The notes under the pieces are model-generated. The model was not told where the DNA came from. It ran no database searches and saw only the letters and a list, made by a program, of their open reading frames with translations. A stretch of DNA of 63,813 bases, filler included, from Welwitschia mirabilis (lineage: Eukaryota), in assembly GCA_051453625.1 (NCBI GenBank). It is 6 parts of one record of this genome, joined end to end, with 100 filler letters (N's around TTAATTAATTAA, not from the genome) between each part and the next. Parts side by side here need not be neighbours in the genome. Positions count along the whole stretch, not along the records: positions 13,939 to 26,119 come from JBOZIK010000001.1; 5 more parts are not named here. One strand, 5' to 3'. Position 1 is the first letter of the stretch, and every line of letters begins with the position of its first letter. Shown here one piece after another: positions 13,939-26,219 of this stretch. The position numbers were made by a program, and so were the translations under genes.

Positions 13939-14006
13939 ATCTGTTAGTTTATCTGCAAAACAACTCAAAATATCCTATCAAATACACTTAAGTTGGCATT
14001 GCAACA
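13939..14006 (-). mobile_element. 5' end of a subfamily A Athila LTR inserted in the Sirevirus gag region
   Basis: The reverse complement matches 2648-2715 with 2 mismatches in 68 nt. It runs into a gap. Confidence 0.88.
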
Positions 14007-14009
14007 ACA

Positions 14010-15549
14010 AGTAATATTTTTGATAAGAGATGTTATACCTGTAATGCTTACCTCATTTGATGAAGTATATGTACCGTTGCCTTCAAGTCCAATATCATTT
14101 TTATCATGTGCAAGTTATCCTAATCCAAGCATCTTCTTAAGCTTCTTTGATCCTTCTGTAAATCTACTTAAAAGTTGTGAAGATTATCTTAACTTCTCCA
14201 TGAGACTTGTGTTTTATTATTGAACCTCTTTGTCTCTTTGATTTATGACTTCATTTTTTCTTTTCAACTCCTTGATGATATNNNNNNNNNNNNNNNNNNN
14301 NNNNNNNNNNNNNNNNNNNNNNNNNNNNNNNNNNNNNNNNNNNNNNNNNNNNNNNNNNNNNNNNNNNNNNNNNNNNNNNNNNNNNNNNNNNNNNNNNNNN
14401 NNNNNNNNNNNNNNNNNNNNNNNNNNNNNNNNNNNNNNNNNNNNNNNNNNNNNNNNNNNNNNNNNNNNNNNNNNNNNNNNNNNNNNNNNNNNNNNNNNNN
14501 NNNNNNNNNNNNNNNNNNNNNNNNNNNNNNNNNNNNNNNNNNNNNNNNAAGATTATCTTAACTTCTCCATGAGACTTGTGTTTTATTATTGAACCTTTTT
14601 GTCTCTTTGATTTATGACTTCATTTTTCCTTTTCAACTCCTTGATGATATTTTTTTAGTTCATTGAATTTTACAGAAATCCTTTCAAATTCTTGATATAG
14701 TTTAAGACATGTGTCTTTAACATCCTTCTCTTCTTCATCTTCACTCATGTCTAAATCATCATGATCAAAGAATTTTAGTGATTGAGTAGTAGGATTCACA
14801 TGTGCCATGAGTGATAATATCCCATGTTATTCAAGTTTTTCATGTGAGCTTTCTTCCTCCATACTTTTAAAAGAAAAACTCTTCTTTCTATTCTTAAAAA
14901 CTTTTAACTCATAAGTTTGAAGGTTACCTTATAGTTCTTCTAGTAGCATCTTGCTGAGATCTTTACTTTCTTCAATCGTAGTTGCCTTCGGTTTAAATCT
15001 CTTTGAAAGGGATCTTAAAATTTTCTTTACTATCTTGACTTCCTCTATCTTTTCTCCAAGGCTTTCCATTGAGTTTGTAACATTCATTAGATTGGTAAAG
15101 AATTTCTAAAGAGTATCTTCTTCATCCATCTTAATCTCTTCAAATTTTGTAAGAAGCATATGCATTTTTGCTTGCTTGACAATGGATGTCCCTTCATGAG
15201 AAACAACAAGAATATCCCATGCTTCATTGGCAATCTGACAGTTTGTTATCCTTTTAAACTGATCTGCATTTATACCGCAAAAAATTACATTCAAAGTTTG
15301 AGCATCAATAATAGCATTAGCTTTATCTAATCTAGTCCATTTATCTTTTGATTTAAATACTACTAAATAATTTCCACTGAAATCCTTTTAAGTTATGGTA
15401 GGATGGCTATAACTTGTGATCAAAACATTCTCATAATCTAAATCAAGAGATCTTAAGAAAATCCTCATTCTAGCCTTCTAGTATCCATAGTTTGTTTCAT
15501 CTAATAGTGAAGGTCTAGAAATAAAGAAACCTTCTACAAGAAAACTCAT
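14010..15549 (-). pseudogene. gag: Copia/Sirevirus gag remnant (UBN2-type)
   Basis: MSFLVEGFFISRPSLLDETNYGY*KARMRIFL, then NCQIANEAWDILVVSHEGTSIVKQAK, KILRSLSKRFKPKATTIEESKDL and GNLQTYE. Contains stops and frameshifts. Confidence 0.9.
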
Positions 15550-15605
15550 AACTAGTATTATTGAGTCAAAGATTGATTAAAATCTTATAGTTGACTCCAC
15601 TTGAA

Positions 15606-15617
15606 GCTCTGATACCA
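15606..15617 (-). promoter_or_regulatory. tRNA-iMet primer binding site
   Basis: Minus strand TGGTATCAGAGC, 2 nt from the LTR end. Confidence 0.95.
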
Positions 15618-15619
15618 AT

Positions 15620-17228
15620 TGTAGGATCATGAACCCTAGAGGGGGGTGAATAAAACTTCTAAAAAATTCAAATAATTATTACTATCAAAAGGAATTATGC
15701 TTAANNNNNNNNNNNNNNNNNNNNNNNNNNNNNNNNNNNNNNNNNNNNNNNNNNNNNNNNNNNNNNNNNNNNNNNNNNNNNNNNNNNNNNNNNNNNNNNN
15801 NNNNNNNNNNNNNNNNNNNNNNNNNNNNNNNNNNNNNNNNNNNNNNNNNNNNNNNNNNNNNNNNNNNNNNNNNNNNNNNNNNNNNNNNNNNNNNNNNNNN
15901 NNNNNNNNNNNNNNNNNNNNNNNNNNNNNNNNNNNNNNNNNNNNNNNNNNNNNNNNNNNNNNNNNNNNNNNNNNNNNNNNNNNNNNNNNNNNNNNNNNNN
16001 NNNNNNNNNNNNNNNNNNNNNNNNNNNNNNNNNNNNNNNNNNNNNNNNNNNNNNNNNNNNNNNNNNNNNNNNNNNNNNNNNNNNNNNNNNNNNNNNNNNN
16101 NNNNNNNNNNNNNNNNNNNNNNNNNNNNNNNNNNNNNNNNNNNNNNNNNNNNNNNNNNNNNNNNNNNNNNNNNNNNNNNNNNNNNNNNNNNNATTAAAAA
16201 ATAAAATAAAAATCAGAACCAAAACAAAAGCATAAGACAAGATTTATAATGGTTTGGGATACACCAGGTGTCCACTCTCGATGATCAGCTTCTTTCAAGC
16301 TTGATCTTTGATCTCTATTACTCCATAGGTTTTGCCAGGTTTTCCTGTAACCTTTACAAAGTGGACTTTCTAAGGCTAAGTCTCAACCTCTTTAAAGGTA
16401 CTTTTCTAGGCTTAGTCTCAACCTCTTCAAATGTACTTTTATAGGCTAAGTATGAACCTTCAAAAATGAATAATGGTGAGTGAAATAATGAATCCTTTAT
16501 GCTCTAGATCACTCATGTGAAAGAACTAATAATGGAGCCTTTTTGCTCAAATTTGATACAAAGTAAGTGCTGAGAGAGAGAATAAAAATAGTACAAAGAT
16601 AAGCTCTTTAGATCAAGAGTATAACCTTCCTTTTCAAAAATCCAATTCAATGTTAAGTTCTAGAATTTTTGAGTGTTGCCTATTCTTTATAACTTTCTTC
16701 AAAATATAATCATTTAATTAGATAAGCATAAATCTAACATTTGTAATGGATATATTTGGTGAAGCAACATTTAGAAAACCGCTTTAAAATTTCTGCTTCT
16801 ATGCTATTTGGTCGATCCCTCAAAACATCCAGTCAACCACTTTTCATTCACTTCAAGTATAATGACTCTTAGGTTACAGGTCCAGTCAATCCCATTAGAA
16901 TTCAGTCAACCGCTTTCCTCCAGGTTCGGTCAACCCCACATGAGTTCAGTCAACCCCATGGGACATAGTACATATTCGAAAGATTAAAAACTATATGTTC
17001 ATATCTAGTCAACCCCATATAAAATAGCCCAAAATTCAAATTTCTAAGTTTGGGCAGCTCCTACATTAAGTCCTTGGATAGAAACTCAAGTTACTTTAAT
17101 TAAAACATGTTTAAATCTTACTATCTCTTGGATATTGATCTGGCAATTTCTGGCATCTATAAAATCACTTTTTATTTTACAAATATCATTTTAGTTTGAC
17201 ATCAAATGGCAAAAATAAAATCCTAATA
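15620..17228 (-). repeat. Sirevirus 5' LTR (contains N gap)
   Basis: Minus-strand end TATTCACCCCCCTCTAGGG...CCTACA is the C-rich Sirevirus terminal motif. Colinear with 12420-13661. Confidence 0.9.
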
Positions 17229-19861
17229 CATCTTACCTTGAGGAAAATGAAAATAACTTAGGAATGAATGATTATGATCCTTGCTTCAAAGTTGAGAATA
17301 AAATATTAAGAGATAAGCATAGGGAAGACAATGATAATTCAACTATATTTTTTTAATAATGAAGATGTGAATGGATATTTAGATGATGATGTTAAGGTAT
17401 TTGAAAATCATTCATTTAAAAAAAGTACATTTATAAGTAATCTAAACATTCTTTAATCTATGATAGAAATGATGTTTACATTTCCCCTTTTACTGAAAGC
17501 AACAACATGCAACAAGATGATGAGAATAGTAAAGAAGAAGAAGAATAAGATGAAATTTAAATTTTAGATCATATCCTAAACTTTCACTTCTTTTGTAAGG
17601 ATGAAAGAGTTCCACCAATATATGAGATTCAATTTTTAAATTTAATGGAGATAAGCATTGAAACAAAATCAATGGAAATGATCAACTCAAGCCAAATGAG
17701 GATGATGATTTAGAATTAATGAAGTTATTTAGAGAGAAATAGGAATCAATCCAAGAAACATTAGAATATCTTTCATCAAATAATGAGATCTTTCTTTTCT
17801 ATAATCTTTCTAATTATCTTTTTGAAGAATCCACCAACTTAGAAAAGAACAATAATTCTCAACAAAATAAAAAGAAAAAAATTATCAATCATAAAGAAGA
17901 GAGATATATAATTAATGAAGAAAGTATTCAAATAAGTACCTCTCCAAATCACATTTTTTTCCTTGAAAATAAGGAACCACATCATTTAGAGGACTTGAGT
18001 TTAACAATATCCCAACCTCTTTCTTTAATAACTTGATGTGTAAAAAGTAACATATTTTCCTCATTTGCAAAATTAACTCTATCATATACTTCCATCGATC
18101 ATTCTTTTTCAAAATAAAATTTGGGATATCTTGGAATTATTAATTAGAAAAAACCATTTTTTTATACCAATCCATTTTTAAAATTAAAAGTTAAAGAGAT
18201 TCTTAGGTACATAAAGCCTATACAAATTTCTCATCCTGAGAAGTTTTCCGCAAATCTTTTGATCTCTTTTGACACCTCCCATGTTCAGTATCAAGCTTTA
18301 AATGCAATTTATGTTTTAAATATTTTATAGAATGAGTTTGATAAAATATTGTTTTTCATGAGTTATATAAATTTCTCATCTCTTATCTTGCTACTAACTC
18401 TGGTGGAAACAAATTTTATGTGCTTATTTAAAAAAACCTTGTCTTACTAAGAATCCATATCTTAAATCAAATAATATGAAACATTTTAGAGATCCTTGAA
18501 AATCATATTGGAAACTTTATTTGATTTTCTTATTACATGCCTTTCATAATAATGCCCAAGATACTAAAAATTCTCATAAGAAATAATTTTTTAATAACAC
18601 TTATCATTCTTTTATCTCTTATCTGAATTCTAGACATTGTACTATCAAGGTATCATCTTTTTATTCTCTTTCCTTCCAATTGATTTTACTGAAAAATAAT
18701 TACATACCTTTCATATTTTATTAATTGATGAATATTTAGTTTGGAACTTATGTTTTTGAAAATTTTGAAACCATCTTTATTTTGCTTTCTAGATAAAAGT
18801 GTAAGTTAGATTTTATGATTTAAATACATTTTTATTGTCTTGATCTTTTCTTTTACCTTTCTTGATAATTTTTAGTTTGACTTTCAGTCTTCTATTTTAA
18901 TAGTCTCTATTTTATGCTTTTTATTTTTTTTGTTTGCAATCTATATTTTCTAGTTTCTATTCTGCAATAATAATGTATCATCTCTCATGTCATCCCCTTG
19001 AAATGGTGTTTGTTTTGAGATGATAGGCAGAGAGTTCATTTTTTATTAATTCTTTAGTCTAATCATTCATTATTTTAACCATTTTTCTCTAGCATCATCA
19101 TAATCATTACCTTACCAAATGGAATTTTTTGTATATTGTGTCATGCATTTTGCACATCAAGTGATGTTATGATTACTTTCATGAAAGTCTACTAAGTTAA
19201 AATATCGGATTGATGAAATATCTTTTATTTATGTTGTCTTATGCTCATTCTTCTGATTTTCTTTTGTGATTTGGTTAGTTATTTCAAAGTCATTATCATA
19301 TTTTCTTAGCATGTATTTTTTGCTAAATTTTTCAATAAAAGATATTTTATTACTTAGATAATTGTTTTCCAAATAAAGTTGTGTTATTTTTAGGTGTTAT
19401 AAGTACCACTTATAATCCTTTTATGACGAAACATTTTATTGTTCACTCTTTTTCTTTACTTGTTAGAATATTTCATAAATCTATAATTTTTTCCAAATCT
19501 GACATTACTTAACTTTGCACTTTATTTAGAAAATTATCCTCTTTTACTTGCCTCCTCATTCTTGTTTACTTTCTTTGCCTTATTTTCCAATACGAAACAT
19601 ATTGCTTTTTCTTTAGAGGGGTAGAGACCCATTTTCATGGCTTATTTTAAAAAAACTTTCCACTTAATTTAGATCTTTTATGACATAAAATTTTTAAATT
19701 TTCATACACATTATGCATTACTCATTATTTATCCATGTGATGTGTTTTATAAGCCTATTTTATAAACTTCTAGATTTATCTTTTGAAAATCAGATTGGCT
19801 CATAATTATGATTTTTCTGCCTATTTTTTGTTAGGAAGTGATAAAGATTGAGTGGGGGCTA

Positions 19862-20933
19862 TGTTATTCTATCAATTTATGTTTATTTGATGGGGTTTTA
19901 TGAGTTTTTTTGTAGGACTTTTATACAGGTTTAGATGTAACTCTGAGGATTTTGAAGATACAAGAGAAATATAAAAAAAGTATGATTCTTATCTAAATTT
20001 GATGTATTAAAGGAACTTTATGATGCATAGAGATTTGAAGAAGGATTATTGACAAAAATGCTAAAGTTCTCTTTAAGAAAATAATCAGAGAAAACTGTCA
20101 TCTCCTTTGTCGTCCTCACGACAGGCAGGATGATGACTACAGATGTGGACTTCTGAGTTATCATTTCAAAAATATTTTATAATGTATTGTCATTCTTCTT
20201 GTCATCTAGATGACAGTCTAGATAACATTAACATGTAACTAACTTTAACAGTGAGATTTGACCATTTCATCTATTTCTGAGTCATTTATGAGTGCACCTA
20301 ACTGCACCTACCATTTATCTTTTTCTGCTATATGTTGTTATAAATAAATGCCCCTTCAACTCTCTTTCTCATCTTTGTTGAATTATAAATCCTCATAATA
20401 GGAGATCAAAGGGTGGAAGATCCATCTACATGTGTTGCAGAAAGACAAGCACTTGGTGGAGGGCTATGTATCCTCCATTGAAACCCAGCTATTTTGTAAT
20501 CCAGATGTTGTTACTCTTTTAATATAAAATTTAGTTTTATTTTCATGTTTACATCTTAGGTTTTTCAATTACACTTATGATTTATGATTGCCCTTGATCT
20601 AGTGACAATTCCTTGGATGACATAGATCATCAAGAGAAGCCTTTGTTAAGGCTAAAAGTAAGTAGAGTTAGGCTTATTTTTCCATCGCATGTTATCTTAG
20701 ATTGCATATTACGTTTTGCATTGCACTTTTATTTCTTGCATTATTATCTATTTTTAGTTCTTAGTTTCATTTGCAAAGCAACCTAAGTCTTATACCATAG
20801 ACTTCAATAAGATATGACATTTTGGATCTACTTCCACTATACTAGTGTGATGTATTATATAAGATATCTATTTTAATTATAAATGACAAGATCTCTTTGA
20901 ACATAAAAACTTATACAAATACCCACTACAACA
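19862..20933 (+). repeat. Central shared LTR, subfamily B
   Basis: Preceded by PPT GAGTGGGGGCTA (19850-19861). TGTTATTC...CTACAACA. Followed by PBS-like aattagcaccattactggagaagg (20934-20957). Confidence 0.88.
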
Positions 20934-22383
20934 AATTAGCACCATTACTGGAGAAGGCTATTGAGGAGTATAAGGGTTTTCGTCATTCTAGAAAGTATAT
21001 TAGACTTATGTTCAGTTATTTATCATTTTGACATTATATTTTATTAGAAACTATAGGTTTTTTATGTGTAATTTTTCAATTTTGGTTTTTTTCTTTTTTA
21101 GTCTTCTATAAAAATTAGTGGTCATGCCCTTTGTCATCTCCACAATAGATAGGCTGATAGTATGCTTTTTTAAATTTTTTTAATTTTATTTTAAATTTTT
21201 GATTTTTTTGAAATAAAATAACTCTCTGCATCTCNNNNNNNNNNNNNNNNNNNNNNNNNNNNNNNNNNNNNNNNNNNNNNNNNNNNNNNNNNNNNNNNNN
21301 NNNNNNNNNNNNNNNNNNNNNNNNNNNNNNNNNNGTTAGCCATGCTCTGCAGGTCTACTTCTCTGACTATGATTGCACTTCCCTCATCATGGATAATAAA
21401 GTTATATTTAACTTTAAGGCTATGGATCACTAGTGTTTCTAGTGTCATTAGAGGCATTACTTGTTTCCTAGACTCTTATTTTTTCTATATGATCATTTTG
21501 TTTCTTGAGATTTGGGTGTTTATTTTGAGATGATGATAGGAAAGTTCATTTTTTAAGCAATTCTTTAGTCTTTAAATTCATTGTTTAAAGCATTTTACTA
21601 GATCATCATCATAATCACTGCCTTCTCAAATGAAATTTTTGTACATTAAGTCATGCATTTTTCACATCAAGTGATCTTATAATTTCTTTTATGCGATTCT
21701 GCTACATTAAAATATTAGATCGATGAGCTATCTTTTATTATCATATGTCCATTCTTCTTATTTTCTTTTGTGGTTTGGTTGATTATTTCAAAGTCATTAC
21801 CATATTTTCTTAGTAAGTCTTCCTTGTTTAGTTTTCAATAAAAAGTTGATTTCTTACTTAGGAAATTTTTCTTAATAAATTTTATGATTATTTATTTTCA
21901 TATTTTTGGTGTTATAAGCCCTGTTTTTACTTATTTTTCATGATGAAAAACTTTTTATTGTTCACGCTTTTTCCTTACTTGTCAAAATATTTCATATATC
22001 TATGTTATTCAAACCTAACATTACTTAGCTTTGCACTTAGTTTTGAAAGTTGTCCTTATTTCCATTACCTATGTTCTCTCTCCCATTTATTTTCTTTGCT
22101 TTATTTTGTAATACAGGACATATTGCTTTTTCTTTGGGGGGAAAAAGACTCATTTTCATGGCTTATTTTTCAAAAAAATTTAAATTAATGCAAATCTTTC
22201 ATGACATAAAATTTTCAAAATTTCCATACACATTATGCATTACTTGCCATTTATCTATGTGATATGTTTTATGAGCTTGTTTTATAGCTTCCAGATTTAT
22301 CTTTTAAAAAATAAATTGGCTCATAATTATGGTTTTTCTGCTTGGTTTTTATTAGGAACTAACGAATACTAAGTGAGGGGCTA

Positions 22384-23365
22384 TGTTGTTCTACCAATTT
22401 AAGGTTATTTAATAGGGTTTTATGAGTGGTTTTGCAAGACTTTTATACAAGTTTAAGTGCAATTCTAAGGATTTTGGAGATACAAGAGGAAATCTTAGAA
22501 AAGTGTGATTCTTATTCAAATTTGATGTATTAAAGGCACTTTCTAATGCATAAAGCTTTCAAAAAGAATTGCTGACAAAAATGCTAAACTTCTCTTGAAG
22601 AAAATGATAAAATAAGACTATTGTCCCCTCTGTTATTCCCACGACAGGTAGAATGATGACTACTGATGTGAACTGCTGAGTCATCATTTTAAGAATATTT
22701 TATAATGCACTATCATATCTAATGTTATTTAGATGATATTATAGATGACACTTATATGTAACCGACTATGATAGTGACCCATAATCATTTCATCCATTTT
22801 TGAGTCATTTATGAGTACACCTAATCATACCTACCATTTGTCTTTTTTTGTTATATGTTATTATAAATAAATCCTTCTTTGACTTTTCTTCTCATATTCA
22901 TTATACCAGAAATCCTTGTGACATGAGATCAAAGGGTAGGAGATCCATCTGCATGTGTTACAGAAAGACGTGCACTTGGTGGAGGTTTGTGTATCTTCTA
23001 GTAAGACCTAACTATTTTCTAACCTAGATGTTGTTACTCTTTTAATATAAAACTTGGTCTTCTTTTCATTTTTGCATCTTAGGTTTTCTAATTACCCTTA
23101 TGCTTTATTTTTTCATTGCATATTAGTTTAGATTGCATATTCATTTTGCATTATACTTTTATTTCTTGCATTATTATCTATTTTTGGTTTCTAGTTTTAT
23201 TTGTAAAGCAACCTGAGTCTCATCTCATAGACTTCAACAAGATACGACATTTTAGGTTTACTCCCACTTCTACTAGTGTATTGTACTGTGTAAGATATCT
23301 ATTTTAGTTATAAATGATAAGATCTCTTTGAATTTAAAAATTTACACAAATATACACTTGCAACA
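22384..23365 (+). repeat. 3' LTR, subfamily B
   Basis: Preceded by PPT AAGTGAGGGGCTA. TGTTGTTC...TTGCAACA. Has an internal deletion of ~90 bp relative to the other two LTRs. Confidence 0.88.
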
Positions 23366-23562
23366 TAGTGCTAGGAAGATAAGATTCTGTCCTCTAATAT
23401 TATATAGAATATTTGACATTTAGCATTTAATAATGGTTTTATTATAACATTTATGAGAGATTGTCATATAGTGTTAGATAGAATCTTTATCATGATAAGA
23501 TAAAATGTAATCCTTGAAGCTAGATTCCTCTACCAACTAGTGCTATTGTCACATGTGTTTAA

Positions 23563-26034
23563 TGTATAATCCAAAGATCCTATTAAATGTAGATCAGATC
23601 AATGTTTGAAAGCTCGAAGGCATATCATGAAGAATTTGTTATTTTTAATGAAAAAAACTTAATTATTTAATGTTTGTTTTATATGATTTATACAAGTAAT
23701 AAGGTCCAAAATAGAAATTAACTACCTATTCGATATTTAAATCCACATCCCAAGATTTGTGGATCTTGATCTAATTCACCTTGAAATAAAACTTAAATCT
23801 AATAAATTCCCCTTACTATCAAGTTCAAGAGATGAAGACTTGAATAATACATCTTCACTAGAACATGCTTCTAGCTTAGCATTTGATATAGAAATGATGA
23901 CATCAAGTGTGAACTAACCATTTCAAAGTGAACTAACTAAAAAAATATGGACTAATCATGAGAATATGGATTAATGATGACAATTTTGCTAACCATAATA
24001 GTATGGACTAACCATAGCAAGGGACAAACCTAAGCAATTACCATATAAAAATGATATCATAAAAAGCATTCCATACCACTTTTTATAAAATTATTTCAAT
24101 ATGATATTGCAAACATAATTTGGTTGTAACGAGCCCACAGCCTAGCTTTCACTAATCAATCATCTTCACCTCATAAAATACAATATTTATATCCCTCTTA
24201 GATAATATTAATAACTTAGCCCCTTATTTAATAATAAATCACATTTAACCTCTTTAATGAGCTTTGGTTTTAACATAAATTATATATTAAATTAAAGAAA
24301 ATCCAATATAAGTGGGAATAAGTATGATTTTTTTTATTTTATTAATCTACACAAGTAAGAAAAAACTTTAATGTTAGTAGAGGCAATGGACCTTTTCTCT
24401 TCTTTTTCCTTCTATTCTCCAATGGCCACATTTAAAAAATTGGAAAGCATATCCTTGTGATGCATTCACTTTTCTAAGATCTTATTAGTTGAGCACTTTG
24501 TCCTTTTTTAGATTGAAACTTATGCCATAATGCATTCATGACTTTGGATCTATGCGAAAGTACTCCATCTTCTCCTTGACTGGGTGGTGAAAGAACTCCT
24601 TTCTTACATGCATCTCCTATTTTATCACAGATCTCTGAATGTTATGATTCTTTATCCAAAAAAGTCTCAATTATAATAGGTGTTATTGATCACTTGTACA
24701 ACCACGGCATAGCGAAGCCATGAAGATCATAGAGATTGATTAGTAGAATTTGCAGTTCAAGAGAATCAATCACTGGATGATAACCTATAGGCCAAACATA
24801 GAGTTCTCGAATTGCATCTACACAATCATGCATGGGGTACTCTTTGATGCTAATGGTATTATGGATGCATGATGTTCCTGATCCCATTTCTACTAATTTC
24901 TCATCTCTTTGTAACTAATTTCATTCTTACACAAAGCAGAAGTATTCATGACATTATGAATCATACCCTAACTTATAGGAGAAGAATGCAACTGAAAGGA
25001 ATTAAATGAAACCTTGACTTACAAAAAAGGAAGGCTACTAGATCAAATTTTACATGCTTTGGTATGGCAACTTGTATGCCCAGCAGATACCACATTCCTC
25101 CTATGATTTTTAATCTGTCTCCTTTCCAAACTCCAAATGCAAATGAGAATCCAATCTAAAGTAATTAATGACTTTTAAAAGTTAGAGAACTAATAATTCA
25201 CATGTTGTAAGGTCCAACAGAATTCTTAAGATATTTTCAGTAATGAAATATAAATCTAAGTTAATCATTCATTATTATGATCTAGTCAAAATCGAGTAAG
25301 CATGTCTGTGATGATATAGCTATTGGAACTAGCTTCCTTAATTAAGACATTAGTTGGCTTGGCTAATATTTTAAAATCTAGAAATCCTAGAAGCGTTCTA
25401 TCTCTTTTAGTGCTCCTTTTTATGTTACATCACATGCTTTAAGCTTTTAAAAAAAATTTGCTACACCATCTATATTACTTACAACTAGTCTCTAAAGGCG
25501 AGAACTGAGAAATAACTTTAATGCATATAAGAAATGAATAGTAATGCTATACTTTTTATCATAGTATTTTATTTAATCTTTCTTAGCTTTTATTGGTAGC
25601 CTACGAAGTAACTCTAATTGAGATGATCTAGATCTTGTTAACGCCAGATCATCCTTTGCCAAGCATTGCATCTCTACAAATATGAGGGCGATGAGCATCT
25701 TTTCAAACTTTGCATGTTTTCATGACTCTTTGTTACTCAATTTGTAAGATATCAAGAAGAATTAAAATCTAGGATTTACAAGTCCACCCTCTATCCAATC
25801 TTGAATGAAAATGAAAATATAATTGAAGACATGAAAGATGGAATAGCAACAAATGATTTAGGTCCAAGGTTAATGGTATGTGATTAAACAGAGAGCCTTA
25901 TAATTTGGCTTTGATACCAATTATAGGATCTAAAGATCCCATCAAGTATATATTAAGCCCATGTTTAAGAGCTTGATGACATCTCATGGAGCATTTGTAA
26001 TTTCCAATGAAAACAACTTAATTATTTAATGCTT
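23563..26034 (-). mobile_element. Old, small LTR element with tRNA-iMet PBS and short (~240 bp) LTRs; superfamily unresolved
   Basis: 23563-23675 and 25922-26032 are diverged direct repeats (AAAGATCC...AATGAAAA(C)AACTTAATTATTTAATG). PBS TGGTATCAAAGC (minus strand) at 25908-25919. PPT-like AAGGGGAATT (minus strand) at 23805-23814. Confidence 0.6.
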
Positions 26035-26119
26035 TGTTGTGATGTGTATTTGTGCAATAGTTCACGTTTAATTTCAATCCTGTTAATTATCAATAAGATG
26101 CAAAATACAACACGCTAGT
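26035..26119 (-). mobile_element. 3' end of a subfamily A Athila LTR
   Basis: The reverse complement matches 2860-2944. It interrupts the LTR that starts at 25922 and runs into a linker gap. Confidence 0.85.
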
Positions 26120-26219
26120 NNNNNNNNNNNNNNNNNNNNNNNNNNNNNNNNNNNNNNNNNNNNTTAATTAATTAANNNNNNNNNNNNNNNNNNNNNNNNN
26201 NNNNNNNNNNNNNNNNNNN

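Larger units (their letters stand above)
12420..17228 (-). mobile_element. Sirevirus-type Copia element with both LTRs; pol not visible (may lie in the linker gap 13839-13938)
   Basis: LTRs at 12420-13661 and 15620-17228. iMet PBS at 15606-15617. Gag from 15549. PPTs at 13662-13830. TSD AATCT (12415-12419) / CATCT (17229-17233). Confidence 0.9.
10154..23365 (+). mobile_element. Three-LTR tandem, pol-less Athila derivative (subfamily B) with a nested Sirevirus
   Basis: LTRs at 10154-11226, 19862-20933 and 22384-23365. The middle LTR has a PPT upstream and a PBS downstream. Outer flanks are TAGTA (10149-10153) and TAGTG (23366-23370). Confidence 0.8.

Noticed and set aside
12420..17228. Calling this Sirevirus a pol-less non-autonomous element
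   Set aside because: A linker gap of unknown size (13839-13938) lies exactly where pol and env would be, so absence cannot be claimed.
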